A stretch of DNA of 64,000 nt from Capsulimonadales bacterium. GTDB lineage: Bacteria; Armatimonadota; Armatimonadia; Armatimonadales; Armatimonadaceae. The position numbers and the translations under genes were made by a program. The notes beneath the pieces were generated by a model. The model searched no databases, had not been told where the DNA came from, and was given only the letters and a program-made list of their open reading frames with translations. Location of the stretch: the NCBI GenBank assembly GCA_033762295.1, contig JANRLW010000064.1:109214-173213 (forward strand). The letters run 5' to 3'. The number at the start of each line of letters is the position of its first letter. Positions within the stretch are counted from its first letter, which is position 1. This document shows positions 44,917 to 55,106 of the stretch, piece by piece.

Positions 44917-47274
44917 ATGTCCGGCGAGGAGACGACGAAGCTTTCACCGCTAGAACTGGCTTCCCACAACCGCCTGCACCAGCGAATGATCTCGCTGAGC
45001 GGTCGACTGGACCGGCAGGTGGAGCAGTTGACACGACTGAACCGCCTTTCCAATCGGCTTCTGGGCAGTCTGTCGGGCAGTTCCGTCTCCGCGACGTTCG
45101 CTGAAGCGATTGCCGATGTTCTGGACGTGGCGATCGGCGCTGTCTGGGTTCTGCCTCATGAAGATCGGAAGGAAGGCGCGGATTTCTCCGTCTTTGGCGC
45201 GACCGGAACGCCCGCCGCCTGGGCGAAAGTCGGCGAGGCTCTGGCAGAAATGGCCGCAATGTCGCCTGACGCCGGGGTCTTTCGTCCGAGTGCGGATGTT
45301 TTGGGGCCGGTATCGGAGGTCGACCTCGTGAACCCGCTGGCGGGTCGCTGCGTTGGCAGGGATGGGGCGACCATCGCCCTGATTCTGGCGGCCAATACCG
45401 GCGCGACCGACCGCATGTGCGAAACCATCAATGACGAGACGGGGGAGATGCTGAAGGTTCTGGCGGAAAAGTGTGCGGCGCACCTGAATCATGCCGCCGA
45501 CCGACGGATGATCGAACATCAGCTTGCCCTGCTGCGTGAGTCGGAAGCCCGCCTGGAACTGGTGTTGAACGGGACGAACGATGGCTGGTGGGACTGGGAT
45601 GTTGCGGCCGATACGTGCTTTTTATCGGCACGCTGGCGGCAGATGGTCGGAGACATGGCCGGTCAGGGGATTTTTCAGAAAGGGTTCTGGCGGGATCGGG
45701 TTCATGAACAGGATCGACCGAGGTTCGACGCGTTACTGGAGGGCGTCCTGGGCGAGAGTTTCACCGGTTCGGAAATGGAGGTTCGGCTCCGGCGTGAGGA
45801 CGATACCTACATTCCGGTGCTGGTTCGCGGGACGGTTCTTCGGGACAGAACCGGTCGCCCGACCCGGTTCGCCGGTTCGATTCTCGATCTGTCGGAACGG
45901 AAGCGATACGAGTCGCACGTCCACCAGCTGGCTTTCTTCGATCCCCTGACCGATCTGCCGAACCGACGTCTTCTAAGCGACCGTCTGCGCCAATCGCTCC
46001 TGTCCTCCGCGGAGAACGGTCAGGCGATTGCCGTTCTGATGATCGATCTCGACCGATTCAAACGCCTGAACGACACCCACGGGCATGCCGCCGGAGACCA
46101 GCTACTCTGTGCCGTGGCCCGTCGTCTGCGCGACGCCGTTCGCCCGTATGATACCGTCGCGCGACTGGGAGGCGATGAGTTCGTGATTTTGCTCGAGCAT
46201 CTCGGCGGCGATCCGACGGCGGCAGTCGCGGCGGCCCAGGAGACGGCGCTTCGCGTGCTACATACCCTGGACGAACCCTTCGTCATCGATGTGGGGGTCG
46301 TGCACCATAGCGGAAGCGTCGGTGTGGCGGTCGCGCCGGCGGGCGTTCCGGTGACGGTGGACAGTATGTTGAGAGGAGCCGATGTCGCCCTTTACGAGGC
46401 GAAAGAGGCCGGGCGAAATATGGTGCGCCTGTACCAACCGGAGATGCAGCACCGGGTCGACCGGCGGGCGACACTGGAGGCCAGCCTTCGTCAGGCGTTC
46501 CGAAACGGTGAAGTCGAAGTCCATTACCAGGCGCAAGTGGACGCGTCGGGACGCCTCTTCGGCGCGGAGGCGCTGATGCGCTGGCGGCGTGCGGATGACG
46601 AACCGATCCACCCCTCCGAGTTCATTCCGGTCGCCGAGGAGTCCGGATTCATTCATGCTCTGGGCGGGTGGAGTCTGGAGACCGCATGCGCTCAACTGGT
46701 CACCTGGGGCGATCTCGTTCCCCCGGATTTCCGACTCGCGGTCAATCTGAGCGCGCCGGAATTCATGCACCCCGACTTCCCGAAGAGGGTCGTCGAAACG
46801 CTGGCGCAGACCGGGGTCAGCGGGCGGCGAATCCGACTGGAAATCACGGAGGCGACGGTGGTTACGGAAATGGATTTCGTCTCCGGTCGTATGAACCTGT
46901 TGCGTCGCCACGGGATCGAGTTCGCCCTGGACGATTTCGGGTCCGGGTTCTCCTCCCTGACCTACCTGCGTCGCCTGCCGGTGAACGAGGTCAAAATCGA
47001 TCGGAGTTATATCCGAAGGATACTGAGCGATCCGCATGACGCGGCCATCGTCCGGGCGATTCTGGCGATGTGCACGTCGCTGAACCTGCGGGTTGTGGCC
47101 GAGGGCGTGGAGACAAAGGAGCAGTACGGTCGTCTGCTGGACGACGGCTGCCGGTTCTTTCAGGGGTTTTATTTCGCGCGACCGAAGCCGGCGCCGGGGG
47201 ACCCCCGCCGACTGGTCGACCGTCCGGTGTCCAGGCGATTACCGGAGAATCGTTCCTCCCTGCAGGCGGCCTGA
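44917..47274 (+). CDS. PAS-GGDEF-EAL c-di-GMP cyclase/phosphodiesterase with GAF-like N-terminus
   Basis: DGWWDWD PAS; DPLTDLPNR, RPYD..ARLGGDEF; EALMRW, LDDFGSGFSSL, VAEGVET. Confidence 0.93.
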   Translation: MSGEETTKLSPLELASHNRLHQRMISLSGRLDRQVEQLTRLNRLSNRLLGSLSGSSVSATFAEAIADVLDVAIGAVWVLPHEDRKEGADFSVFGATGTPAAWAKVGEALAEMAAMSPDAGVFRPSADVLGPVSEVDLVNPLAGRCVGRDGATIALILAANTGATDRMCETINDETGEMLKVLAEKCAAHLNHAADRRMIEHQLALLRESEARLELVLNGTNDGWWDWDVAADTCFLSARWRQMVGDMAGQGIFQKGFWRDRVHEQDRPRFDALLEGVLGESFTGSEMEVRLRREDDTYIPVLVRGTVLRDRTGRPTRFAGSILDLSERKRYESHVHQLAFFDPLTDLPNRRLLSDRLRQSLLSSAENGQAIAVLMIDLDRFKRLNDTHGHAAGDQLLCAVARRLRDAVRPYDTVARLGGDEFVILLEHLGGDPTAAVAAAQETALRVLHTLDEPFVIDVGVVHHSGSVGVAVAPAGVPVTVDSMLRGADVALYEAKEAGRNMVRLYQPEMQHRVDRRATLEASLRQAFRNGEVEVHYQAQVDASGRLFGAEALMRWRRADDEPIHPSEFIPVAEESGFIHALGGWSLETACAQLVTWGDLVPPDFRLAVNLSAPEFMHPDFPKRVVETLAQTGVSGRRIRLEITEATVVTEMDFVSGRMNLLRRHGIEFALDDFGSGFSSLTYLRRLPVNEVKIDRSYIRRILSDPHDAAIVRAILAMCTSLNLRVVAEGVETKEQYGRLLDDGCRFFQGFYFARPKPAPGDPRRLVDRPVSRRLPENRSSLQAA

Positions 47275-47340
47275 CTCCGAGGACCCCGGAGACCGGGCGG
47301 ACCCGTTCGTCCTTTGCCGTGAAAACCCCGATGGCAAAAT

Positions 47341-47358
47341 AGATTTTCCGGAAAATCT
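47341..47358. promoter_or_regulatory. Perfect 18-bp palindrome, candidate operator
   Basis: AGATTTTCCGGAAAATCT upstream of a PEP-CTERM gene. Confidence 0.4.
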
Positions 47359-47491
47359 TAAAAAAGACGGCTTGGCGTGAAGGGGAATACATAAGTATCG
47401 GTGAAATCCCTGACGGTAGCCTGAAATTGGTTTCGGGCGGCAAACCGAATCGGGAGCGGACCACCGTTCTCGTTGGTGAAAGGAAGGACGT

Positions 47492-48250
47492 ATGTTTTCT
47501 TTTTCTCGTCTTGTCGGCATCACTCTGGCGATCGTTACCGGAATGGCGCTGTCATCGCCTGTCTTTGCGCAGACCACCGTGGGGGGTCTGACCATTCTGG
47601 CTCCGGGGTCCGTCGTGGAAGGGCGTACCATCGGGGAATGGACCACGGAATGGTGGCAATGGGCATTTTCGCAATCTACTCCCAACGATGCGTTCTCGGA
47701 TACGACCGGAGCCAATGCGGGAGTGAACCAATCCGGGCCGGTCTGGTTTGTCGCCGGAACCCTGGGTACGCTGGAAACGCGGACGCTTTTCGTTCCGACC
47801 GATCGGTATTTGTTGATTCCGTTGATTAATGTGGAGAACTCCGACCTGGAAATTCCGGGTGCCTCGGAAGCGGACCTTCGCCAGGCAAGTATTGATACGA
47901 TGAATCTGGTCGATTCCCTGAACCTCGCGATTAATGGAACCACGGTCACCAACCTCAACAGCTACCGTGAATTGTCACCGGCCTTCAGCTTTTCCTCCGC
48001 CGCCAACAATCCGTTCGGTGTGACGGCCGGTGTCGCCAATACGGCGGTCGCGGATGGTTTCTGGGTAATGCTCGCGCCGATCGGAACGGGAATCCATACG
48101 GTGACCTTCGGAGGGGGCGTCAGTTCCTTCGGATTTTCCACCGGGGTTCAGGCGACCCTGGTCGCCGCCCCCGAACCGGCACCGCTCGGTCTGCTTCTTG
48201 CAGTGATTGGCGGAATGGGTATCGTCGTCAGGAAACGACGGATCGGATAA
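47492..48250 (+). CDS. PEP-CTERM sorting-domain protein
   Basis: Signal VFA-Q; WWQWA...GPVWFVAG...AVADGFWVML; APEPA, TM, RKRR. Confidence 0.85.
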   Translation: MFSFSRLVGITLAIVTGMALSSPVFAQTTVGGLTILAPGSVVEGRTIGEWTTEWWQWAFSQSTPNDAFSDTTGANAGVNQSGPVWFVAGTLGTLETRTLFVPTDRYLLIPLINVENSDLEIPGASEADLRQASIDTMNLVDSLNLAINGTTVTNLNSYRELSPAFSFSSAANNPFGVTAGVANTAVADGFWVMLAPIGTGIHTVTFGGGVSSFGFSTGVQATLVAAPEPAPLGLLLAVIGGMGIVVRKRRIG

Positions 48251-48432
48251 GTTTTCGCCAGATTTATTCTGTTTTTGGGGTAAGGAAACGTCCTTACCCG
48301 CTTTTTCCGAACGGGCCATTCCCTCCCGGATGGCCCTCTTTGCCGCAGGCACGCAGGGGACGGCAGTTGAGACGGCGAACCCTTGTCTGACGGTACGCGG
48401 TTCTCGCCGGTCGGGGCGAGGTAAGGAGAAGA

Positions 48433-48834
48433 ATGAAGGTACGGTGGACCGAGGGAAGCGTTCGCTTCAGAATCACGCCGACGGAACTCGAACAACTGCG
48501 TTCCGGCGCGGCCGTTCGGGTGACGCTGCGCGTTCCCGGCGGCAAATGGGAAGCCACCGTAGCGCCCTCCGCCTCCGACGGGGCGAGCGACCTGTCGGCG
48601 GACGGGGAGGGGGGTCTCCGGATGACGCTGGGCCGTCCGGACCTGGACCGTTTGTGCGCCCCGGAGACCGAGGGCGTGTACTTCGGGACAAGCGAGGGGG
48701 AGATTCCGCTCCGATTCTTTATCGAGAAGGACTTTCCATGCGTCCACCCGCGCCCGTCGGAGGCGCAGGAGGAATCGGAGACGTTCGCGCCGCCGTCGGG
48801 TTTCAAGGACCGGCACCGGCCCGTTTGCGAGTGA
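48433..48834 (+). CDS. Conserved hypothetical protein
   Basis: AAGGAG RBS; MKVR...SVRFRIT..E and IEKDFPC pattern. Confidence 0.7.
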   Translation: MKVRWTEGSVRFRITPTELEQLRSGAAVRVTLRVPGGKWEATVAPSASDGASDLSADGEGGLRMTLGRPDLDRLCAPETEGVYFGTSEGEIPLRFFIEKDFPCVHPRPSEAQEESETFAPPSGFKDRHRPVCE

Positions 48835-49020
48835 CGCGGACCGCCGTGCCGGTGTTTTGGACGTCCTGTGTCGTGCTACCGATGTCGCCGGACATCGCTT
48901 TATGATTACCGGGGTTCAGGATAACCCTCCAATATGGACAGACAATGACGGGCCATCGTATTATTACATCCCGTTACGTTTTAAAAGTATTTGTTCGCCG
49001 AGCTACGAAAGGACGATACA

Positions 49021-49992
49021 GTGCGGACACCCTCTCCCGTACCGAAACTTTCGGTCACTATCACAAATTACAACTACGAGCGGTTTGTCGGTCGGGCTAT
49101 CGAATCGGTGCTCGGGCAGACGTTTACCGATTTCGAGTTAATCGTCGCCGACAACGCCTCCACGGACCATTCGCGCGAGATTATCGAGCAGTACGCTCGC
49201 CAGGACCCGCGTATTCGGGTGATCGCCAACACGGAAAACAAGGGACTGGTCGGAAATCTGGTGATCGCGATCGAAGCGGCGCGCGGCGAGTTTGCCGTCC
49301 ATCTCGATGCCGATGACTGGGTGTGCGCTCCCGATGCGTTCGAGCGTCAGATCGCCATGCTGGAGCAGGACCCCGAAATCAGCTTTGTCTGGTCACCGCC
49401 TTCTCTGAAATTCGAGGACGGCGGCGAAACCGTCATCCGCATTTACGATCGGGACCTCGTTCGTCCCGGCGCGGAGGCACTGGAAGATGCTCTGAAAGTG
49501 CGTATCATGCACAGTGGCCCCCTCTTTCGCATGAGCGCGTTCCGGGCTTTTGGTGGCTATGATCGGAATTTCCATCACTCGGTGGATACGCGTCTGGTCA
49601 GCGATCTCTGTACGCAGGGAAAGGTCGGCTACATCAATGATGCCCTGTATGCTCGCTACGAACACAGCAGCAATCTGAGTACGGTCTCCCGCCATCTCGA
49701 ACGGATCGAGGAACTGGTTCGCGCCGTCGAGGTCGCCTGCGACAGCCCGTTTGCCCGCCAGATTCCTCATATACAACAACTGCGGCGTAGCGCCCTCCGT
49801 CATGTGCTTTTAATGACGGTTACCAACCTGGTTTTCACCAACCGATATTCCGAGGCGCTCCGGGCGCTCCGGGCCAGCGTCCGGATGCGCCCGATCGAAA
49901 CGTTGTTCCAGCGTCAGATGGTGCTCCTGCTCGTGCGCGTCCTCATTGGGGGGTCGCTCTTTTCCCGGCTTCAGGGCAGTCGGAACGGGTGA
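49021..49992 (+). CDS. Glycosyltransferase family 2
   Basis: SVTITNYN.ERF...IESVL.QTF.DFELIVADNASTD; LDADD. Confidence 0.9.
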   Translation: MRTPSPVPKLSVTITNYNYERFVGRAIESVLGQTFTDFELIVADNASTDHSREIIEQYARQDPRIRVIANTENKGLVGNLVIAIEAARGEFAVHLDADDWVCAPDAFERQIAMLEQDPEISFVWSPPSLKFEDGGETVIRIYDRDLVRPGAEALEDALKVRIMHSGPLFRMSAFRAFGGYDRNFHHSVDTRLVSDLCTQGKVGYINDALYARYEHSSNLSTVSRHLERIEELVRAVEVACDSPFARQIPHIQQLRRSALRHVLLMTVTNLVFTNRYSEALRALRASVRMRPIETLFQRQMVLLLVRVLIGGSLFSRLQGSRNG

Positions 49993-50010
49993 ACAAAACA
50001 GGGAAAGACC

Positions 50011-51339
50011 TCACCCTCCCGCGGTCAGCTCGTTGCCGAAAAAGTGCGCCGTCTGTTCGGCGCGAAGACGGTCGATCAAGCGTCCTTCCGGGAGCGTGAC
50101 GTCGTCCAGGGTGAGAACCCGGTCTCTGGCAACGTTTCGGGTCAGGCGACCGCCTTCGGCCAATCCCATCGGCAATAATCGCTCCCGAAGAACGGTATCG
50201 ACGCGTTCCGCCAGACCGTAGGTGTGGTAGCCGCCGATCCCGTCGAGAACCGTTCCCTCGGAAAGGTCCGTTTTGGCCGCCGCCACCACGTCCACCGTCG
50301 GCGGCCCGGAGGTGGCCAGAGCGGCATCGCCGAACAGCGCCGCACGCGCGACCGTGTTATGAACCTCGAAGTGGCACAGATGGTACGGGGTATGAAACAC
50401 ATAGAGCGGGCCTTCGCCCAGTTTGTACAGATTCAGATAGTGCCTCTGACGCGGATGGTCATGCGTTCCCAGTACGAAAACACCCGGACCCGGCGTCGCG
50501 CCGACAACATAATCCACATAGCCCGGGGAACCGTCCAGCAGACGCTCCTGCGGATACCATTCCGTCGCCCTTTGGATGCTGTTGGCGTCCGGCGCAACCG
50601 TGGGGCCGAGCATCCCTCGTTGAAGTACGCTCATTCCGGTGGCGTTGGCGACGATGGCCTGTTCGAAGCTGATCTTGGTGCCGTCCGCGAACGAGGTGAC
50701 CATGTTTACGTTCTGGCCCCATTTTCGGGCGAACCCTTCCTGTGTTGTCGGATTCCGGTAGGGGTCATGCAATCCTTTGATATTGCCGCAGAGCACGGGT
50801 CGTACGCCGATTCCCCGGACGAACCGATACAGGTTCAGGATCACGCCCGGCTGATCTCCGTCGCTGACGGTGTAGACGACGCCCATGCGATCCGCCATCC
50901 GCTTCAGCCAGGCACCGACCGTGCCGTCCAGTTCGGCGTTCATCGTCACGTAGTGCTTGCCATGGGCAATCGCGGCGGTGGCGGTCTGCGCCCCGAACTC
51001 CGGCGCGCCGGTGATTTCGACGATCACGTCCAGGGGTCCTGCCTGGCAAAGCAGCCCGGCGTCCTCCGTTACCGTATACCGTCCGTCCGCGATGGCCCGC
51101 TCCAACTGGCTGACATTCCCCGCCACGTACAGGTCCGCCTCCGCGACCCCGGCCTCGGTGTAGGCCCGCCGTGCGTTGGCGAGCGTCCGGTTGGCAACCG
51201 CTGCCAGACGCATTCCCGGAACACCGGTCAGTATCCGAAGCGCAAACCCTCGCGCCATGAACCCCGCACCGATAAGACCGACACGGATCGGGTCGGCTGC
51301 CTGCGCCCGCTTTTCAAGCGCCTTATCTACGAGAATCAT
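50011..51339 (-). CDS. NAD(P)-dependent oxidoreductase with C-terminal SAF domain (homoserine dehydrogenase-like)
   Basis: GLIGAGFM; DGDQPG; SFADGTK; PYHLCHFE; AKTDL..G..LDGIGG. Confidence 0.85.
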   Translation of the reverse strand: MILVDKALEKRAQAADPIRVGLIGAGFMARGFALRILTGVPGMRLAAVANRTLANARRAYTEAGVAEADLYVAGNVSQLERAIADGRYTVTEDAGLLCQAGPLDVIVEITGAPEFGAQTATAAIAHGKHYVTMNAELDGTVGAWLKRMADRMGVVYTVSDGDQPGVILNLYRFVRGIGVRPVLCGNIKGLHDPYRNPTTQEGFARKWGQNVNMVTSFADGTKISFEQAIVANATGMSVLQRGMLGPTVAPDANSIQRATEWYPQERLLDGSPGYVDYVVGATPGPGVFVLGTHDHPRQRHYLNLYKLGEGPLYVFHTPYHLCHFEVHNTVARAALFGDAALATSGPPTVDVVAAAKTDLSEGTVLDGIGGYHTYGLAERVDTVLRERLLPMGLAEGGRLTRNVARDRVLTLDDVTLPEGRLIDRLRAEQTAHFFGNELTAGG

Positions 51340-51880
51340 CGAATCGTCCCTCCTGCTCCAGCAGCGGCCAGCGAGCATCCTTTTCGGAAATGACTCGAAC
51401 CGGAAGCGGCCATACGATACGAAAAGCCGGGTCGTCCCATCGATAGCCCTGTTCCGCGCCCGGCGTATAGAATTCGGTCACCTGATAGGTCACCTCCGCG
51501 CCCTCCGTCAGCGTTTGATATCCGTGGGCGAATCCTTCGGGGACATACAATTGCCGGCGGTTCTCCGCGCTCAGTTCCACGCCGTACCAGCCAAGGTAGG
51601 TCGGTGAATCGGGTCGCATATCCACGATCACGTCGTAAATCGCACCGGTGATGCACCGGACCAGTTTCGTCTCCGCCTGAGGCGCACGTTGCATATGCAT
51701 GCCGCGCAGGGTGCCCTTGTGATGGTTAAAGGAGTCGTTCGCCTGGGCAAGATCGGTTTTCAGACCATGCGCCTCGAACTCACGCCGGCACCAGGTCCGC
51801 GCGAAAAAGCCCCGGTCATCCTCTCGCTTCTCAAGGTCGAGCACATAGGCGCCTGAGAGCGGAGTTTCGGTAAAGATCAT
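51323..51880 (-). CDS. rfbC: dTDP-4-dehydrorhamnose 3,5-epimerase family
   Basis: DDRGFFAR, GTLRGMH, KLVRC, PEGFAHGYQTL, RWDDP. Confidence 0.9.
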   Translation of the reverse strand: MIFTETPLSGAYVLDLEKREDDRGFFARTWCRREFEAHGLKTDLAQANDSFNHHKGTLRGMHMQRAPQAETKLVRCITGAIYDVIVDMRPDSPTYLGWYGVELSAENRRQLYVPEGFAHGYQTLTEGAEVTYQVTEFYTPGAEQGYRWDDPAFRIVWPLPVRVISEKDARWPLLEQEGRFDDSRR

Positions 51881-52947
51881 GGTTGCGCCTGTCCTTCCTG
51901 CTTGTTCCGTGTGTTGGTTCTGTCCCGCCAGAAAAGGTCGGTATCCAGCTGCTCCGTTTCGATCAGGTGTTTGAGCATCTTGAGTCGCGTGTACGGCGGC
52001 GACTGGAAGAGTTCCGCCGTCATGCCGATTCGTTCGAAGACCGCCCGCAACTGTTCCGCACCGGCGCGAGCATCGTAGCGGCAGCGGAAAGTGGGCAGAT
52101 GCTCCCGGATTTTTTCGAAAGAAACCCGATAGCTGCGGTTGTCGCCATCGCTGTTACCGATGGTCAGAGCGCATCCGGGGAAGGTTTCGGCGACGATCTC
52201 GGCAATCTCCCGGACCCGGTAGTTCCCGTCGCTGTCGCCGACATTGAAGATCCGGTCATGGACCGACTGTCGGGGCGCTTCCAGGGTGCAGGCGACGGCT
52301 TCCGCCATGTCGAGTACATGCACCAGCGGTCGCCAGGGGGTTCCGTCGCTGGTCAATTTGATCTCCCGGGTCGTCCAGGCAAGACCCGAAAGGTTGTTCA
52401 GAACGATATCGAATCGCATCCGGGGCGAAGGACCGAACGCCGTCGCGTTGCGAAGGAACGTCGGCGAGAAATTGTCGTCGGCCAGAGCTGAGACATCTCG
52501 TTCCACCATCGCCTTGCATTCGGCGTAGGCCGTCTGCGGACGGACCGGACTTTCCTCCGTTTTGATCTCATCACCCTCGCCCACCCCGTAAACACTACAG
52601 GACGAGGCATAGACGAAACGGGGAACGCCGGCCGCTTTGCACTTCCGCGCCAGCGCGACCGAACCCTGATGATTGATCTCGAACGTGACCGTCGGATTCA
52701 GTTGCCCGAGCGGGTCGTTGGACAGTTCGGCCAGATGGACCACGGCGTCGAACCCTCGCAGTTCCTCGTCGGTGATCTCTCGAATATCGCGGTTCAGCCA
52801 CTCGGGCGCACCGGACACTCCGTGATACAGCCAGCCGGAACGATAGAAACCGGTATCGACTCCGGTTACCTTATGTCCGCGTTGCATCAGCGTGGGCGCC
52901 ATCATCGTCCCTACATAACCTTCCGTACCCGTCAGCAATATCTTCAT
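51877..52947 (-). CDS. NAD-dependent epimerase/dehydratase (extended SDR)
   Basis: TGTEGYVG; HLAELSNDP; SSCSVYG; YAECK (YxxxK). Confidence 0.9.
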   Translation of the reverse strand: MKILLTGTEGYVGTMMAPTLMQRGHKVTGVDTGFYRSGWLYHGVSGAPEWLNRDIREITDEELRGFDAVVHLAELSNDPLGQLNPTVTFEINHQGSVALARKCKAAGVPRFVYASSCSVYGVGEGDEIKTEESPVRPQTAYAECKAMVERDVSALADDNFSPTFLRNATAFGPSPRMRFDIVLNNLSGLAWTTREIKLTSDGTPWRPLVHVLDMAEAVACTLEAPRQSVHDRIFNVGDSDGNYRVREIAEIVAETFPGCALTIGNSDGDNRSYRVSFEKIREHLPTFRCRYDARAGAEQLRAVFERIGMTAELFQSPPYTRLKMLKHLIETEQLDTDLFWRDRTNTRNKQEGQAQP

Positions 52948-54176
52948 CCGTATTTCTCCATCCATGGAACCGATTTGGACACCTCTTCGACAATCGCCTT
53001 ACCGATCTCCAGCGAGGCAGTGGCCGCCGGAGACGGGGCGTTGCAGACATGAAGCCCCAGGTCGCTCCGGACGAAAAGAAAGTCATCCACCAGCGTGCCG
53101 TCCGGAAGGAGCGCCTGGGCACGGACACCCGCTTTCGAGGGGGTGATATCCGCTGCCGTGATCTCGGGAACGAGCCGCTGAAGACTGCGAACAAATGCTG
53201 CCTTGCTGAACGAACGGTAGATTTCCGAAAGCCCGTCGCGCCAGTATTTCAGGGCCAGCCGCTGGAAACCCGAATAGGTGAGCGTCTCCCGCAAATCACG
53301 CCAGTCCGCATCCGTTTTTTCGTAACCTTCGCGTTTCATGCTGAGAACGGCGTTCGGCCCGGCATGTACATCCCCGCCGATCATCCGCGTAAAATGTACG
53401 CCCAGAAAGGGAAAGTTCGGGTTGGGAACCGGATAGATCAGGTGCTTGACCAGATATCGCCGTTCCGGTTTCAGGTCATAGTACTCGCCCCGAAAGGGGA
53501 CGATCCGTGCGGGAACGTTTTCTTCGCCGACCGTCATCCGGGCGATCCGGTCACTTTGCAGACCGGCGCAGTTGATCAGATACCTCCCGATCAGGGTCTC
53601 GCCGTTTGTCTCCACCCGGACCCCGGTTCGCACCCCGAGTGGTTCCGGTCGTATCGAACGTACTTCGGTCGCCAGGCGGATCTCGCCTCCGTTTTGCTCA
53701 AACAAACGGGCGTAGGCAATGGCGACCTGCTGATAGTCCGTGATTCCGGTGGTCAGCACGCGAAGAGCGGCCCGTCCGTTGACATGCGGTTCGATCTCCT
53801 TCAGCTGCTCCGGACCGATCCGGCAGATCGGGATACCGTTCGCCACCCCGCGCTGGGCCAGATTCTCCAGCAACGGGAGTTCCTCGGGGGATGTCGCGAC
53901 AATCAACTTGCCGCAGATTTCGTGAGGAATATTCTGCTCCTCACAGAAACGAACGATCGAGCGACTGCCTTCTCGGGCGAACTGCGCTTTCAGGCTACCG
54001 GGCTTATAATAGATTCCCGAATGAATGACTCCGCTGTTACGCCCCGTCTGATGGCGGGCCGGAGTCGCTTCCTTTTCCAGAAGCGTCAGGCGGGCATCGG
54101 GGAAACGTTGCGCCAGGGTCATCGCGGCGGAGAGTCCGACGATCCCTCCTCCGACCAGAATAATGTCGTAGATCAC
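52944..54176 (-). CDS. lhgO: L-2-hydroxyglutarate oxidase
   Basis: [58 protein letters not shown]. Confidence 0.92.
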   Translation of the reverse strand: MIYDIILVGGGIVGLSAAMTLAQRFPDARLTLLEKEATPARHQTGRNSGVIHSGIYYKPGSLKAQFAREGSRSIVRFCEEQNIPHEICGKLIVATSPEELPLLENLAQRGVANGIPICRIGPEQLKEIEPHVNGRAALRVLTTGITDYQQVAIAYARLFEQNGGEIRLATEVRSIRPEPLGVRTGVRVETNGETLIGRYLINCAGLQSDRIARMTVGEENVPARIVPFRGEYYDLKPERRYLVKHLIYPVPNPNFPFLGVHFTRMIGGDVHAGPNAVLSMKREGYEKTDADWRDLRETLTYSGFQRLALKYWRDGLSEIYRSFSKAAFVRSLQRLVPEITAADITPSKAGVRAQALLPDGTLVDDFLFVRSDLGLHVCNAPSPAATASLEIGKAIVEEVSKSVPWMEKYG

Positions 54177-55051
54177 GGGGCACCTTTTTCATCTTTTCCG
54201 ATCAGGCGGACGTCCGGTAGCTTTCCGTGAAAGATCGCTTCCGTGCCGATCGTCGGCTCCGATCCTCCCACGGCGTTTTGCCGAACCTTCCAGGGCGCAT
54301 TTCCCGCAGACCAGAGGCTCTCCAGGTAATGCTTATCGCGCAGGGTATCCATCGGTTGCCAGAAACCTTCATGTCGGTAAGCGGCCAATTTCCCTTCCTC
54401 CGCCAGACGTTCGAGCGGTCCGCGTTCCCAGACCGTATCATCGCCTTCGATATACCGGAAGACTTCCGGCGTCAGAACAAAGAAGCCGCCATTAACCCAG
54501 GCACCATCCCCGTCGGGCTTTTCTCGGAACGATTCGATTCGCTCCTGGTCGGCGGAGAGGGAGAACGCCCCGAAACGTCCCGGAGGATGCACGGCGGTGA
54601 GGGTCGCAGGGACGCCCTTTCCACGGTGAAAGGCGATCAGCGCCGTAATGTCTACATCGCTGACCCCGTCGCCGTAGGTCATGCAAAACGGTTTGTCGTC
54701 AAGATAATTCCGGACGCGCCGCAGACGCCCGCCGGTCATCGTATTTTCGCCCGTATCCACGACGGTCACCCGCCACGGTTCTGTTTGCCGCGTGTGAACC
54801 TCGACCGTCTGTCGCGTCATGTCCACCGTAAAGTCCGAAGTATGGAGAAAGAAATTGGCAAAATACTCCTTGATCATGTAGCCCTTGTAGCCGCAACAGA
54901 TCACAAAGTCGTTGATACCGTGTGCGCTGTAGATTTCCATGATGTGCCGGAGGATCGGCTTTCCCCCGATTTCGATCATGGGCTTCGGACGAACCGCGCT
55001 CTCCTCGCTAATACGAGTGCCAAAACCACCTGCCAGGATAACGGCCTTCAT
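54173..55051 (-). CDS. rfbF: Glucose-1-phosphate cytidylyltransferase
   Basis: [45 protein letters not shown]. Confidence 0.94.
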   Translation of the reverse strand: MKAVILAGGFGTRISEESAVRPKPMIEIGGKPILRHIMEIYSAHGINDFVICCGYKGYMIKEYFANFFLHTSDFTVDMTRQTVEVHTRQTEPWRVTVVDTGENTMTGGRLRRVRNYLDDKPFCMTYGDGVSDVDITALIAFHRGKGVPATLTAVHPPGRFGAFSLSADQERIESFREKPDGDGAWVNGGFFVLTPEVFRYIEGDDTVWERGPLERLAEEGKLAAYRHEGFWQPMDTLRDKHYLESLWSAGNAPWKVRQNAVGGSEPTIGTEAIFHGKLPDVRLIGKDEKGAP

Positions 55052-55106
55052 TACATACCTCTTGATTTTCGTCAGTAAGAAGCACGGAAGCGGACGACGT
55101 CCGGCG

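Noticed and set aside
47420..47475. c-di-GMP-I riboswitch (GGCAAACC) before the PEP-CTERM gene
   Set aside because: Lacks the GNRA hairpin, GCAAAG junction and second stem.
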